Notes: generated by a model not told the origin, from the sequence alone. Shown: positions 28,940 through 36,784, counted from the first letter of the stretch. The stretch: DNA of 64,000 nt from Bdellovibrionia bacterium (GCA_030432925.1 JAUILT010000002.1:956-64955), one strand, 5' to 3'. Made by a program: numbers and translations.

Positions 28940-29227
28940 ATGCGAATTTTATTTTTAAGTTTCATTCTGACTTTAGGATTTTCTTTGCCCGCTCAGGCTC
29001 AATATTCACCGGGAGGGAAGCTGTATTCAAGCGATGGACAATATTTAGGAAATGTAAATAACAACCAATATGACCCTAACTCCATCAACAACCCATATGG
29101 AAAGTACGGGAGCAAATATTCCCCTAACTCGATAAACAATCAGTTTGGGAAATATGGGAATAAATACTCTCCCAACTATGTTCCAAATCCAACAAGAAAG
29201 AGAAATGAGAAGGGATTCAGTTATTAG
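28940..29227 (+). CDS. small secreted protein with Y-G-x-K-Y-S-P-N-S-I-N-N repeats
   Basis: Signal peptide ending AQA|Q. Internal repeats: NQYDPNSINNPYGKYGSKYSPNSINNQFGKYGNKYSPN. Confidence 0.55.
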   Translation: MRILFLSFILTLGFSLPAQAQYSPGGKLYSSDGQYLGNVNNNQYDPNSINNPYGKYGSKYSPNSINNQFGKYGNKYSPNYVPNPTRKRNEKGFSY

Positions 29228-29552
29228 TATTCTGAAGTTACTTTTTTTCTTTTTTTTAATACTGGGAATCTCAGGATGCTCGTTGGTTGAAGAGAAATGT
29301 AAGTCCGGTGCCGTAGTGAAAAAAGTTGGAGGATGCGATGCTCTTGGCAATTGCTCTGTAGAGCTGGAGGGCAGTGGAAAAGTAATAACTCTCAACAAGC
29401 CGATAGCAGGGCAATACATCTGTCTAAAAAGTGAATACTCCATAATTGAACCAAAGAGTAAGTTTGGAAAAGCAATGCTATTTCTGGGAAAAGTATTTTT
29501 AGGAATATTTGGCGTTTATTTCATTGGTGGTTTATTGGGAATCGTTAAATAG
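29205..29552 (+). CDS. small lipoprotein with C-terminal TM anchor (hypothetical)
   Basis: MRRDSVISILKLLFFFFLILGISG|C lipobox and a hydrophobic C-terminal helix. The track ORF begins at 29145. Confidence 0.45.
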   Translation: MRRDSVISILKLLFFFFLILGISGCSLVEEKCKSGAVVKKVGGCDALGNCSVELEGSGKVITLNKPIAGQYICLKSEYSIIEPKSKFGKAMLFLGKVFLGIFGVYFIGGLLGIVK

Positions 29553-29585
29553 TTGGCCTAGTATAATCAATTTATAGGAGCAGTA

Positions 29586-29984
29586 GTGAGTGACTCAAAA
29601 AACACAAAAGAATTGACTGAAGAAGAAGTTCAAAAGCTATTGAACAGCGATCCAGAGAATGAAAGAAAAGACATCGTTATTAAACGACTCCAGGAAAGAC
29701 ATATTAAAATTTTGAAAAACCTGAATCTTAATGAAGTACTGTTTTTTCAATCGGCCTCACCCTCAGATGAAATCTATAAATCGATAAAAAACATTGAGGA
29801 ATTTAATTACAATGCATCAGCACTAATTGACCATGGAATTATAGAGGCTGCCAATAGTCAATGGTATTGGTCTTTGAATTATTTCAGTCTTTCATATTTA
29901 GAGTATTTACTAAGCCATGAAGAGCCAACGTTAATGATTCAGCCAGCGGCAAGTCTTTTTTGTACGACTAAGAAGCCCAAATGA
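29586..29984 (+). CDS. hypothetical protein
   Basis: 132-aa ORF (GTG start) with a 4-nt overlap with the next gene. No recognisable domain. Confidence 0.35.
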   Translation: MSDSKNTKELTEEEVQKLLNSDPENERKDIVIKRLQERHIKILKNLNLNEVLFFQSASPSDEIYKSIKNIEEFNYNASALIDHGIIEAANSQWYWSLNYFSLSYLEYLLSHEEPTLMIQPAASLFCTTKKPK

Positions 29985-30436
29985 ATTTTATGCGACTCAT
30001 TATGTTGATGGTATTTTTTTCTCAAAATATATCTGCCGATCTAAACGGTACATCTTTTGTTTTGTCTGATATTCAATGTGGAGGTGAAAATGGACGCATT
30101 GAGGGCTTGTCCAAAACCATAAAGTTTAATCGGGAATACGCACTGACAAAATTAGCAATGTCTAATTGCACCATTTCGATCAAAGGAAACGTTAAAAAAA
30201 GTAGTGGCAAAATTGAGCTAGTAAATGGAAATGCTTCATGTAGTCCGAAAGGTTGCATTGGTCATTATACACTTTGGGTTGATAGTACTCCAATTCATAG
30301 AAGTTTATCATGCTTAGGAGAAAAATATTCCGATCTTCGAGACAGGTATAGACTTCAAGTAAAGAAATTGATTCAGGAAAATGGAAATTGTGAGCTTGTA
30401 TTCGTTCAAGAAAATGAAGTCAAAAAATCAAAATAA
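29981..30436 (+). CDS. hypothetical secreted Cys-containing protein
   Basis: Signal-like N-terminus MNFMRLIMLMVFFSQNISA and several spaced Cys residues. Confidence 0.4.
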   Translation: MNFMRLIMLMVFFSQNISADLNGTSFVLSDIQCGGENGRIEGLSKTIKFNREYALTKLAMSNCTISIKGNVKKSSGKIELVNGNASCSPKGCIGHYTLWVDSTPIHRSLSCLGEKYSDLRDRYRLQVKKLIQENGNCELVFVQENEVKKSK

Positions 30437-31182
30437 TTTTTAGGAATAAGAAATAATTATTAACCCCTATAAAATTCAAAATCCTTTTTTAAGTCCGATG
30501 ATAAGTTAGCGTGATGATCTTAAGCCTTAGCGATAAAAGCTCATCAAAGCGTGTTCTATTAGATGCATAAGCAATGCAAGTTTTTGTATTTGACCTAATA
30601 AATTGCGTAAGAAATATAGCCGATAATATAAGTTGAAATATCCGAGGGCGTCCATGTGTCGTATTTTATTTTTAATAGGGCATTACGAAACCCAATTAGT
30701 ATTTTAAGCTGTTGGCGGTGGTTTCTTTATGACACTTGAAATACCCGCTTGGCGCTCTCGCTTTGAGCTTCGCACCGCGCTCTAGATACAGGAATATCAT
30801 ATCCTTCTATATGAAAATAGAAAGATTGGATGCCCTAATTGGTTAAGGGATCACGTTCACGTCCCGATGCCTGATTTAAACAGGTCTCTTTGTCGTCGAG
30901 AGTCTTCACATTCTCGCTAGCCCCCGCTATATGTTTGGGCTGAAATGTGGCTCTGATATGGCCCAGAGCTGCTTACTATTTCTATCTAGGTTTTTAAGGT
31001 GCCCTAGATCGGTCAGCGCTACCGCCTTCTACACCTCTAGAATCTCTCATTAATATTTGTTAAACGACCATTATTCATCGGTTAACATATATTTTATTAA
31101 TTATACCATAAAATATTAATAATGTAAATATAAAACTTAAAAACATATTAAAAATAACATAAATTAGTAAAAATAGTAGGTT
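30437..31182. other. ORF-free region: iteron-like repeats, GC-richer structured core, AT-rich tract (candidate ori / att / ncRNA locus)
   Basis: No ORF of 60 aa or more on either strand. Contains GATGAT..TTAGCG twice (30498-30532), TGCCCTA(A/G)(T/A)T(T/C)GG at 30831 and 31000, hairpins at 30950-30969 and 30917-30941, and an extremely AT-rich stretch at 31070-31182. Confidence 0.4.
30975..31063. repeat. repeat block B (as block A, with a 61-nt insert)
   Basis: ACTATTTCTAT (30975-30985) and TCATTAATATTTGTTAA (31047-31063) match 26824-26834 and 26836-26852. They are separated by 61 nt here and by 1 nt in block A. Confidence 0.6.
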
Positions 31183-31212
31183 TTGGATGTATTATGTGTT
31201 ATTATTGTTGAT

Positions 31213-31755
31213 ATGGAAGGCTTAAAGCTACAGATTGAGTTAACAGAGATTGCAGTAAAAATGGAACAGGCCGGATTACTGTCCGATTTGTCTCGTATTG
31301 CTCGCATTTTATCTACAGATGACCAAGCCGACTCATTGCTGGAAGAGATAATTTCACATATTGAAAACAAAAGAGCTTTCTCTAGCTCACCTTTGCAGAC
31401 TGTTACTTCAGAGAGTAAAGAGTCTCAATACACTCATCTTCGCATAAAATTCTACCAAAGAGCATTGATAAGAAAATTTAGAGCTGCCTTTATCGAAGGT
31501 CTTTCGGAAATCATTTTGGAAAAATATAAGTCTCAAAAGAAATTTGCGGAAGCTGCAGGTTTGAAAGCAGCATCTGTCTCAAGAATTTTAAGCACAAGTG
31601 GTAAATCCATACCAAACCAGAGAACATTAAAAAAATTTGGAAATACATTAAAGCAAGCCTATCTTGATATTCCACTTACTGAGGTAGTTAGGCAACAACT
31701 TGAAGGCATCGGAAATAAATACGGGGGGATTGAATATGTAGAAAAGGATGAGTGA
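31213..31755 (+). CDS. HTH-containing regulator (hypothetical)
   Basis: SQKKFAEAAGLKAASVSRILS is an XRE-like HTH. ATG at 31213; the track TTG start at 31183 is less likely. Confidence 0.45.
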   Translation: MEGLKLQIELTEIAVKMEQAGLLSDLSRIARILSTDDQADSLLEEIISHIENKRAFSSSPLQTVTSESKESQYTHLRIKFYQRALIRKFRAAFIEGLSEIILEKYKSQKKFAEAAGLKAASVSRILSTSGKSIPNQRTLKKFGNTLKQAYLDIPLTEVVRQQLEGIGNKYGGIEYVEKDE

Positions 31756-31985
31756 TGAAAAAAAATGTTTTTCAATTACAATACTCTCACACGCCCGTAA
31801 AAGCTGAAACCGTAGAAGAGTTTCTTAGTAGAGGTGGACAAATCACCATGTGTCCAACTCCTAAATATCGAAGTTCCCGAAGATCCAAGTTTCGCTACAA
31901 GAAATTAAAAAGAAAAAATAAATCGAACCTTGGAAAAGCAAAAGGTCGAAAGAAAAGAAGACAAAAGCGAAAGAAGGCTCTGTAA
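31752..31985 (+). CDS. small highly basic protein
   Basis: 77 aa with a C-terminal half that is almost entirely K/R (..KKLKRKNKSNLGKAKGRKKRRQKRKKAL). ATGA overlap with the upstream gene. Confidence 0.4.
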   Translation: MMKKNVFQLQYSHTPVKAETVEEFLSRGGQITMCPTPKYRSSRRSKFRYKKLKRKNKSNLGKAKGRKKRRQKRKKAL

Positions 31986-32302
31986 TGAATATAGATCTGT
32001 ATAAGACAAATGGTACGAGCCCTCCACGAAGTGATGATACGAATCATGTTAGAAGGCAAAGAACCTGCAAAAGATTGTTATCCTACATTTATTTATCGCC
32101 TAAGGCTCGGACCAGAAAGGAAATTTTTAATAACGTATTTGGGAGAACTCAAGATATTTCAATACTTTTGCAAAACCTGTGTAGTAATGGGGAATTGGTT
32201 CGCGAGGGAACTGGAGTAAAGGGAGATCCTTTCAAGTATAAAATGCCGATAGTTGAGCCTGTAGAGAGCGTATTCATGGAGGATGATGAGGTTCTCATAT
32301 GA
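31985..32302 (+). CDS. winged-helix-like small protein (hypothetical)
   Basis: 105 aa. The pattern ..RTRKEIFNNVFGRTQDISILLQNLCSNGELVREG.. looks wHTH-like. Overlaps the upstream stop (TAATG). Confidence 0.35.
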   Translation: MNIDLYKTNGTSPPRSDDTNHVRRQRTCKRLLSYIYLSPKARTRKEIFNNVFGRTQDISILLQNLCSNGELVREGTGVKGDPFKYKMPIVEPVESVFMEDDEVLI

Positions 32303-32607
32303 CAGCTCAAGAACTTAAAAAAATTTTAGAAAAAGATGGAATCACTATTGAGCTTAAAGGCGAACAGTTTTCGCTAAGACCCAAAAGTAGAGTAAATAAT
32401 TATCATAAAAAATTGGTTTCTCTTTTTAAAGATAAAATCTTAGCAGAATTTCAGGGAGTTGTTTTTTCAGAAAAGAATAAAAATAATCCTTTGGTCAGAA
32501 AATATGAATATTCTGGTGAAGTGCTAGAGTTAGGTAATGGTGAATTTGAAAAGGTTGTTGATTTATTTCGTCTTTTAAAAAAATGGAGAGATGAAAAAAG
32601 CAAATGA
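32299..32607 (+). CDS. hypothetical protein (TubC_N-like N-terminal segment?)
   Basis: MTAQELKKILEKDGITIELKGEQFSLRPKSRVNNYHKKLVSLFKDKILAEF resembles the short docking-type TubC_N motif. ATGA overlap with the upstream gene. Confidence 0.3.
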   Translation: MTAQELKKILEKDGITIELKGEQFSLRPKSRVNNYHKKLVSLFKDKILAEFQGVVFSEKNKNNPLVRKYEYSGEVLELGNGEFEKVVDLFRLLKKWRDEKSK

Positions 32608-32702
32608 TTCAAAAGAATTAGGAATGTCCTCGACACCCATGAGGATATTACTCGAACTCAATTAAAGTTGAAGTAAAAATATATTTGAATTAATGGATAG
32701 AT

Positions 32703-34265
32703 ATGGAAATTTGGGAATTTGATCCAAATAAAAGAGCACTGGCAATCGTGCGTATCAGCAGTAAAGGGCAGGAAGGCAATACGTCCCCCGAATCTCAGAA
32801 GAAAGACATTAAAAGCTACTGCCAAGGTGTTGGACTTGATCTGATAAAGTGTCAATCTATAATTGAATCAGCCAAAAATTCTGAGGATAGAAAAAAATAT
32901 CACAAGCTCTTTCATTGGGCCCAAGCAGAGGGAATAAAACATATCGTTTTTCACAGAAATGATCGAGAAGCCAGAAATATGACGGACCTTGAGAAAACAG
33001 AACAGCTCATTCGAGAGGGCACCCTGACGATTCATTATGCGCTAGATAAAAAAGTACTGCATGAAGGGAGTTCTGATTCTGATTTTTTTAATCGAGAAAT
33101 TCAAGGCGTTATGAATAAACATTTTAGTCGGGAACTGAGTTCAAAAGTAAAGCGCGGAATGAGGGCTAAGGCAGAGAAGGGATGGTTTCCATCAAATAAT
33201 CCACCTTTAGGCTATTCTACTCAGAAGCAAAAAAAACAATCTATTGTTATCGTAGATCCAAATGAAAGAAATGTACGGCAAGTGCAAAGAGAATTTGAGC
33301 TAAGAGCTAAAGGGTATTCTTACGGCCAAATAGCAGAAACTATTATTTCTGAAGGCTTTACTAAAGTGCGTGGTTATAATGGGAGTACAGTGCAAGCGAG
33401 AATAACTAATATATTTTATAGAGGACATTTTATCTGGGAAGGCAAAGAATATTCTGGCAACCACCCTTTAATTGTTTCTGAGACGATTTTAAAAAGAGTG
33501 GATCGAATAAATGGTCAGCGTGGAACAGTTACTAAGCGAGCTATGGGCGAAGGTATCTTTTCTAATTGGCTCACTTGTGCGACCCCTGAATGTGGAAAAA
33601 AGATTATCTATGACCCCAAAGTGAAAACCATAAAATCCACTGGAGAAAAAAGAACGCATCACTATTATCACTGCTCCAACTCAAGAAAGGTGCATGAAAC
33701 AATGAAGGGGATGAACATCACAGAAGAAAAGCTCTTTGAGCAATTTGAGCCCGCAGTTAATGTGATCTCAATCACTGAGTTATTTGCGAGAGATATTGCC
33801 AATGCCTTGAATGAAGCAAACGAAAAGAAAAAAGAAGCTACCAAAAAACAAATTGGTGCATTTAAGCGGGCTTTATTGGGATTAGATAAACATGAAGACG
33901 AAGCCTATGAGGATTTTAAAAATGGAATTATTGACGGAAGAATATATCGTCGAAGGATTCAACAGGTTCGGAAGCGTAGGTATTATTTTACTGATCGAAT
34001 GGAGCAAGCAGAATTGACTCTTCAAGACGGTTTTAATGAAACAGCAAAATCTATACTCGAACTCGCTATAGATGCGAAAAAACTATGGAAAAAACAAAAT
34101 CGCACCGAACGACTGGAGTATCTTAAAAAGGTCTGCTCGAACCCGGTTTTAGATGGGGTAACTGTTCGATATGACTTACAAAAACCTTACTCTGTGATTG
34201 CTAAAATGAAGGGGAATACAAATTGGCACGCCCTTGAGGACTCGAACCTCAAACCCCCGCCTTAG
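32703..34265 (+). CDS. large serine recombinase (integrase)
   Basis: Resolvase catalytic domain (ALAIVRISSKGQ, NDREARN), recombinase domain, zinc ribbon (CATPECGKK...HHYYHCSNS), and a coiled-coil C-terminus. The last 14 codons are antisense to the tRNA gene. Confidence 0.85.
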   Translation: MEIWEFDPNKRALAIVRISSKGQEGNTSPESQKKDIKSYCQGVGLDLIKCQSIIESAKNSEDRKKYHKLFHWAQAEGIKHIVFHRNDREARNMTDLEKTEQLIREGTLTIHYALDKKVLHEGSSDSDFFNREIQGVMNKHFSRELSSKVKRGMRAKAEKGWFPSNNPPLGYSTQKQKKQSIVIVDPNERNVRQVQREFELRAKGYSYGQIAETIISEGFTKVRGYNGSTVQARITNIFYRGHFIWEGKEYSGNHPLIVSETILKRVDRINGQRGTVTKRAMGEGIFSNWLTCATPECGKKIIYDPKVKTIKSTGEKRTHHYYHCSNSRKVHETMKGMNITEEKLFEQFEPAVNVISITELFARDIANALNEANEKKKEATKKQIGAFKRALLGLDKHEDEAYEDFKNGIIDGRIYRRRIQQVRKRRYYFTDRMEQAELTLQDGFNETAKSILELAIDAKKLWKKQNRTERLEYLKKVCSNPVLDGVTVRYDLQKPYSVIAKMKGNTNWHALEDSNLKPPP

Positions 34266-34300
34266 AAGGGCGGTGCTCTATCCAGTTGAGCTAAGGGCGC
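34224..34300 (-). tRNA. tRNA-Arg (anticodon TCT)
   Basis: 77-nt cloverleaf read by hand. Acceptor GCGCCCT/AGGGCGT (G1-U72 wobble), D arm GCTC..GAGC, anticodon arm CCGCC-CTTCTAA-GGCGG, T arm TGAGG-TTCGAGT-CCTCA, and an encoded CCA. Confidence 0.9.
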
Positions 34301-34397
34301 ACAATAGATTGAAAAACTATAAAACTGTCAAATTCACTGTCGGCAAAATTTTTTACCAAAAAACTCCTTACATTTCTACCCATAAGCGATAGACGCA

Positions 34398-34440
34398 CGC
34401 CTTAGAAGGGCGATGCTCTATCCAGTTGAGCTACGGGCGC
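34398..34440 (-). pseudogene. 5'-half pseudo-copy of tRNA-Arg(TCT), positions 1-43
   Basis: 41/43 identical to the intact gene (differences at 34412 and 34434). It diverges after the anticodon stem. The 3 nt of 5' flank (ACA) are also shared. Confidence 0.8.
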
Positions 34441-34497
34441 ACATAGGTAATTTGATAGACTGGGAGTTTTAGCGAATTCATCTGGAGCTGTCAAAAG

Positions 34498-35889
34498 TTA
34501 ACTCGTGGTTTTTACATCCTTATTAAAGGATAGCAGGGTCACTCCAATGACTCCTGAGATAAATGAGGCCACCAGAATCCCCAGCTTTGAGTAGATCTCC
34601 ACCTCAGGTACCTTGAGGGCTAGGTGGCCAATAAAGAGGGCCATGGTGAAGCCAATCCCTGCTAAAAAGCCTACAGCAGCCATATGAGACCAGGTAACCC
34701 CTTGAGGGAGTTGAGCCATATTCAGCTTGATGGCGAGCCACGAAAATAGTAGTACGCCCACAGGTTTTCCAATGACAAGGCCTAAAATCACACCAATGGC
34801 AATGGGTTCGGCCAAAAAGGACCCAACGGTAAAGTCCCCACTAATATGAACACCAGCATTGAACAGTGCAAATAAGGGCATAATGGCATAGCTCACCCAG
34901 GGATGAAGGCTGTGGATAAGTCGGTCCAGTGGAGAGCGGGACTCTTGTACGATTTCCTCCAGGCTTTCAATGTCATGGAAAGTCTCATGGCTCAGTTGGG
35001 TATACTTTTTATTGGCACTGGCAATACCGATACTGATCCGATCCACCAGTTCTTTGAATTTTTCAGGGATCTTTTTAAGATTGTAGAAAGGAGAAACTGG
35101 AGTCATCAGCCCAAGAATGACACCGGCCACGGTGGCATGCACACCGCTTTTTAAGACAGCAAACCAGGTGATCACTCCAAGGATCCAATAAATCATAAGG
35201 CTGCGAATTCCAGCGTACTTGATAAATAGGGTGATAAAAATAGCTGCAGTAGCAATACCCAACGCATTGCTGGCGATTTCCTCTGTATAGAACAGAGCAA
35301 TTACTAATACAGCACCTAGATCATCTACAATAGCAAGAGCCAGTAAAAACACTTTCAGGGCAAGGGGAACTTTTCGACTCATTAGAGTTAGAATTCCCAC
35401 GGCAAAGGCAATATCTGTAGCCATGGGAATTCCCCAGCCGGAGGCACCACGGTCACCCATATTGAAAGCTGCATAAATCAGGGCTGGAGCCACCATACCA
35501 CCAAGAGCGGCAAACATGGGGAGTGCAGCTTTTCTGGGAGATGATAGTTCTCCGACGACCAGTTCTCTTTTGATTTCGAGCCCAACCACAAAAAAGAAAA
35601 TCACCATAATACCGTCATTCACCCAGTGGTGGAGGGTCTTTGTCACCTCAATGCCGCCCAGTTTGATGCCCACCGGAAGTTCCAACATCATTTCATAGGA
35701 GTGATAGAAGGGGGAGTTGGCCCAGATCATGGCAATGACGGCTGTGATCATCAGCAAGATTCCGGAAGCCGTCTCCATAGCAAAAAAACTTTCCACCGGT
35801 GATAAAACGCCTTTGACCACCTTATGGGGAATGGCCCTTGGCTTTCTATTATGGGTGATAGTGTCTTGCTGGTCATAGTCGTTGCTCAT
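34498..35889 (-). CDS. nhaA: Na+/H+ antiporter NhaA
   Basis: Polytopic membrane protein with NhaA signatures FFFVVGLEIKRE and AIVDDLGAV. ATG at 35889; the track TTG start is at 35922. Confidence 0.9.
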   Translation of the reverse strand: MSNDYDQQDTITHNRKPRAIPHKVVKGVLSPVESFFAMETASGILLMITAVIAMIWANSPFYHSYEMMLELPVGIKLGGIEVTKTLHHWVNDGIMVIFFFVVGLEIKRELVVGELSSPRKAALPMFAALGGMVAPALIYAAFNMGDRGASGWGIPMATDIAFAVGILTLMSRKVPLALKVFLLALAIVDDLGAVLVIALFYTEEIASNALGIATAAIFITLFIKYAGIRSLMIYWILGVITWFAVLKSGVHATVAGVILGLMTPVSPFYNLKKIPEKFKELVDRISIGIASANKKYTQLSHETFHDIESLEEIVQESRSPLDRLIHSLHPWVSYAIMPLFALFNAGVHISGDFTVGSFLAEPIAIGVILGLVIGKPVGVLLFSWLAIKLNMAQLPQGVTWSHMAAVGFLAGIGFTMALFIGHLALKVPEVEIYSKLGILVASFISGVIGVTLLSFNKDVKTTS

Positions 35890-36124
35890 GGTTGTGTCCC
35901 CCAGAGATTTGGTGCGCCGCAAAAAATATGTTGGAAGACACTATCAAATACTTCTCACTAGGTAAATAAAAAGCGACTCGAAAGAGAGGGGGAGCCTATT
36001 TTTTGGGGAGCAGGAGTGAAATTAGGGAGGCATAGCTCTTGAGTCTGAAAATCACCGCTGACAATTCTTTGAAACAGTGCCATGTTTTGACGTTTGTAAA
36101 AACTCTTTTACAGGATGAGAAGAT

Positions 36125-36784
36125 ATGAACCGTTCAGAACTCAATTTGCAGAAGCTTCTTGAGGAAATCACACCGACTCCAACATTGCCTGTGGATCTAA
36201 CTCCCCAAGAGCAGATAGCCGTGATCGAAAAAAAATTTAGCGAGATCATGCAAGTGCTGGGATTAGATCTTAGTGATGACAGCTTGAAGGAGACGCCACA
36301 CAGAGTGGCTAAAATGTACGTTAATGAAATGTTCTCAGGGCTACGTTCAGAAAACTTTCCAAAAATAACAGCTATTGAAAACAAGATGCGATACGATCAA
36401 ATGATTGTGGCCAAGCAAGTGGGGATCATGACGGTGTGTGAGCATCACTTTGTGACGATTGATGGTTATGCCACCATTGCTTACATCCCAAAAAATAAAG
36501 TGATTGGTTTGTCCAAATTAAATCGTGTGGCCAAGTTTTTTTGTCGTCGTCCTCAAGTGCAGGAGCGTTTGACTAAGCAGATTGCTGATTGCTTACAGGC
36601 AGTACTAGAGACAGAGCATGTCGCAGTCAACATAGATGCTAAGCACTACTGTTTAGCATCTAGAGGTATTGAAGACACTAATAGTACCACCAATACATGT
36701 GACTTACGTGGTGACTTCAAACGCAAAGGGGAGACTCGGGGAGAGTTCCTTAGGCATTGTCAGGTGGGAATTCTGACTTCATGA
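36125..36784 (+). CDS. folE: GTP cyclohydrolase I
   Basis: TPHRVAKMY and [11 protein letters not shown] (zinc-binding C-E-H-H) motifs. 219 aa. Confidence 0.9.
   Translation: MNRSELNLQKLLEEITPTPTLPVDLTPQEQIAVIEKKFSEIMQVLGLDLSDDSLKETPHRVAKMYVNEMFSGLRSENFPKITAIENKMRYDQMIVAKQVGIMTVCEHHFVTIDGYATIAYIPKNKVIGLSKLNRVAKFFCRRPQVQERLTKQIADCLQAVLETEHVAVNIDAKHYCLASRGIEDTNSTTNTCDLRGDFKRKGETRGEFLRHCQVGILTS

Larger units (their letters stand above)
25178..34223. mobile_element. integrative element with a large serine recombinase (tRNA-proximal)
   Basis: Bounded by the 10-mer at 25168 and the tRNA 3' end at 34224. AT-rich. Carries recombinases, RHH/XRE/wHTH regulators and small secreted cargo, with no virion or conjugation genes. 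Confidence 0.5.

Noticed and set aside
26925-31026. An invertible DNA switch flanked by inverted repeats GGCGGTAGC..GGCACC (26925-56) and GGTGCC..GCTACCGCC (30998-31026), driven by the internal tyrosine recombinase.
   Set aside because: Only 9 + 6 nt match, and the spacers differ (17 vs 14 nt). The recombinase is frame-split. There is no evidence for an alternative orientation from a single sequence.
32010-32219. The 69-aa alternate-frame ORF inside 31985..32302. Similar cases are 1495..1743 and 29045..29443.
   Set aside because: They overlap better-supported ORFs that have coupled starts and stops and better coding character.
25178-34223. The 9-kb element as a prophage or a conjugative element.
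   Set aside because: It has no terminase, portal, capsid, tail or lysis genes, and no relaxase, coupling protein or T4SS genes. Only recombinases, small regulators and small secreted proteins are present.
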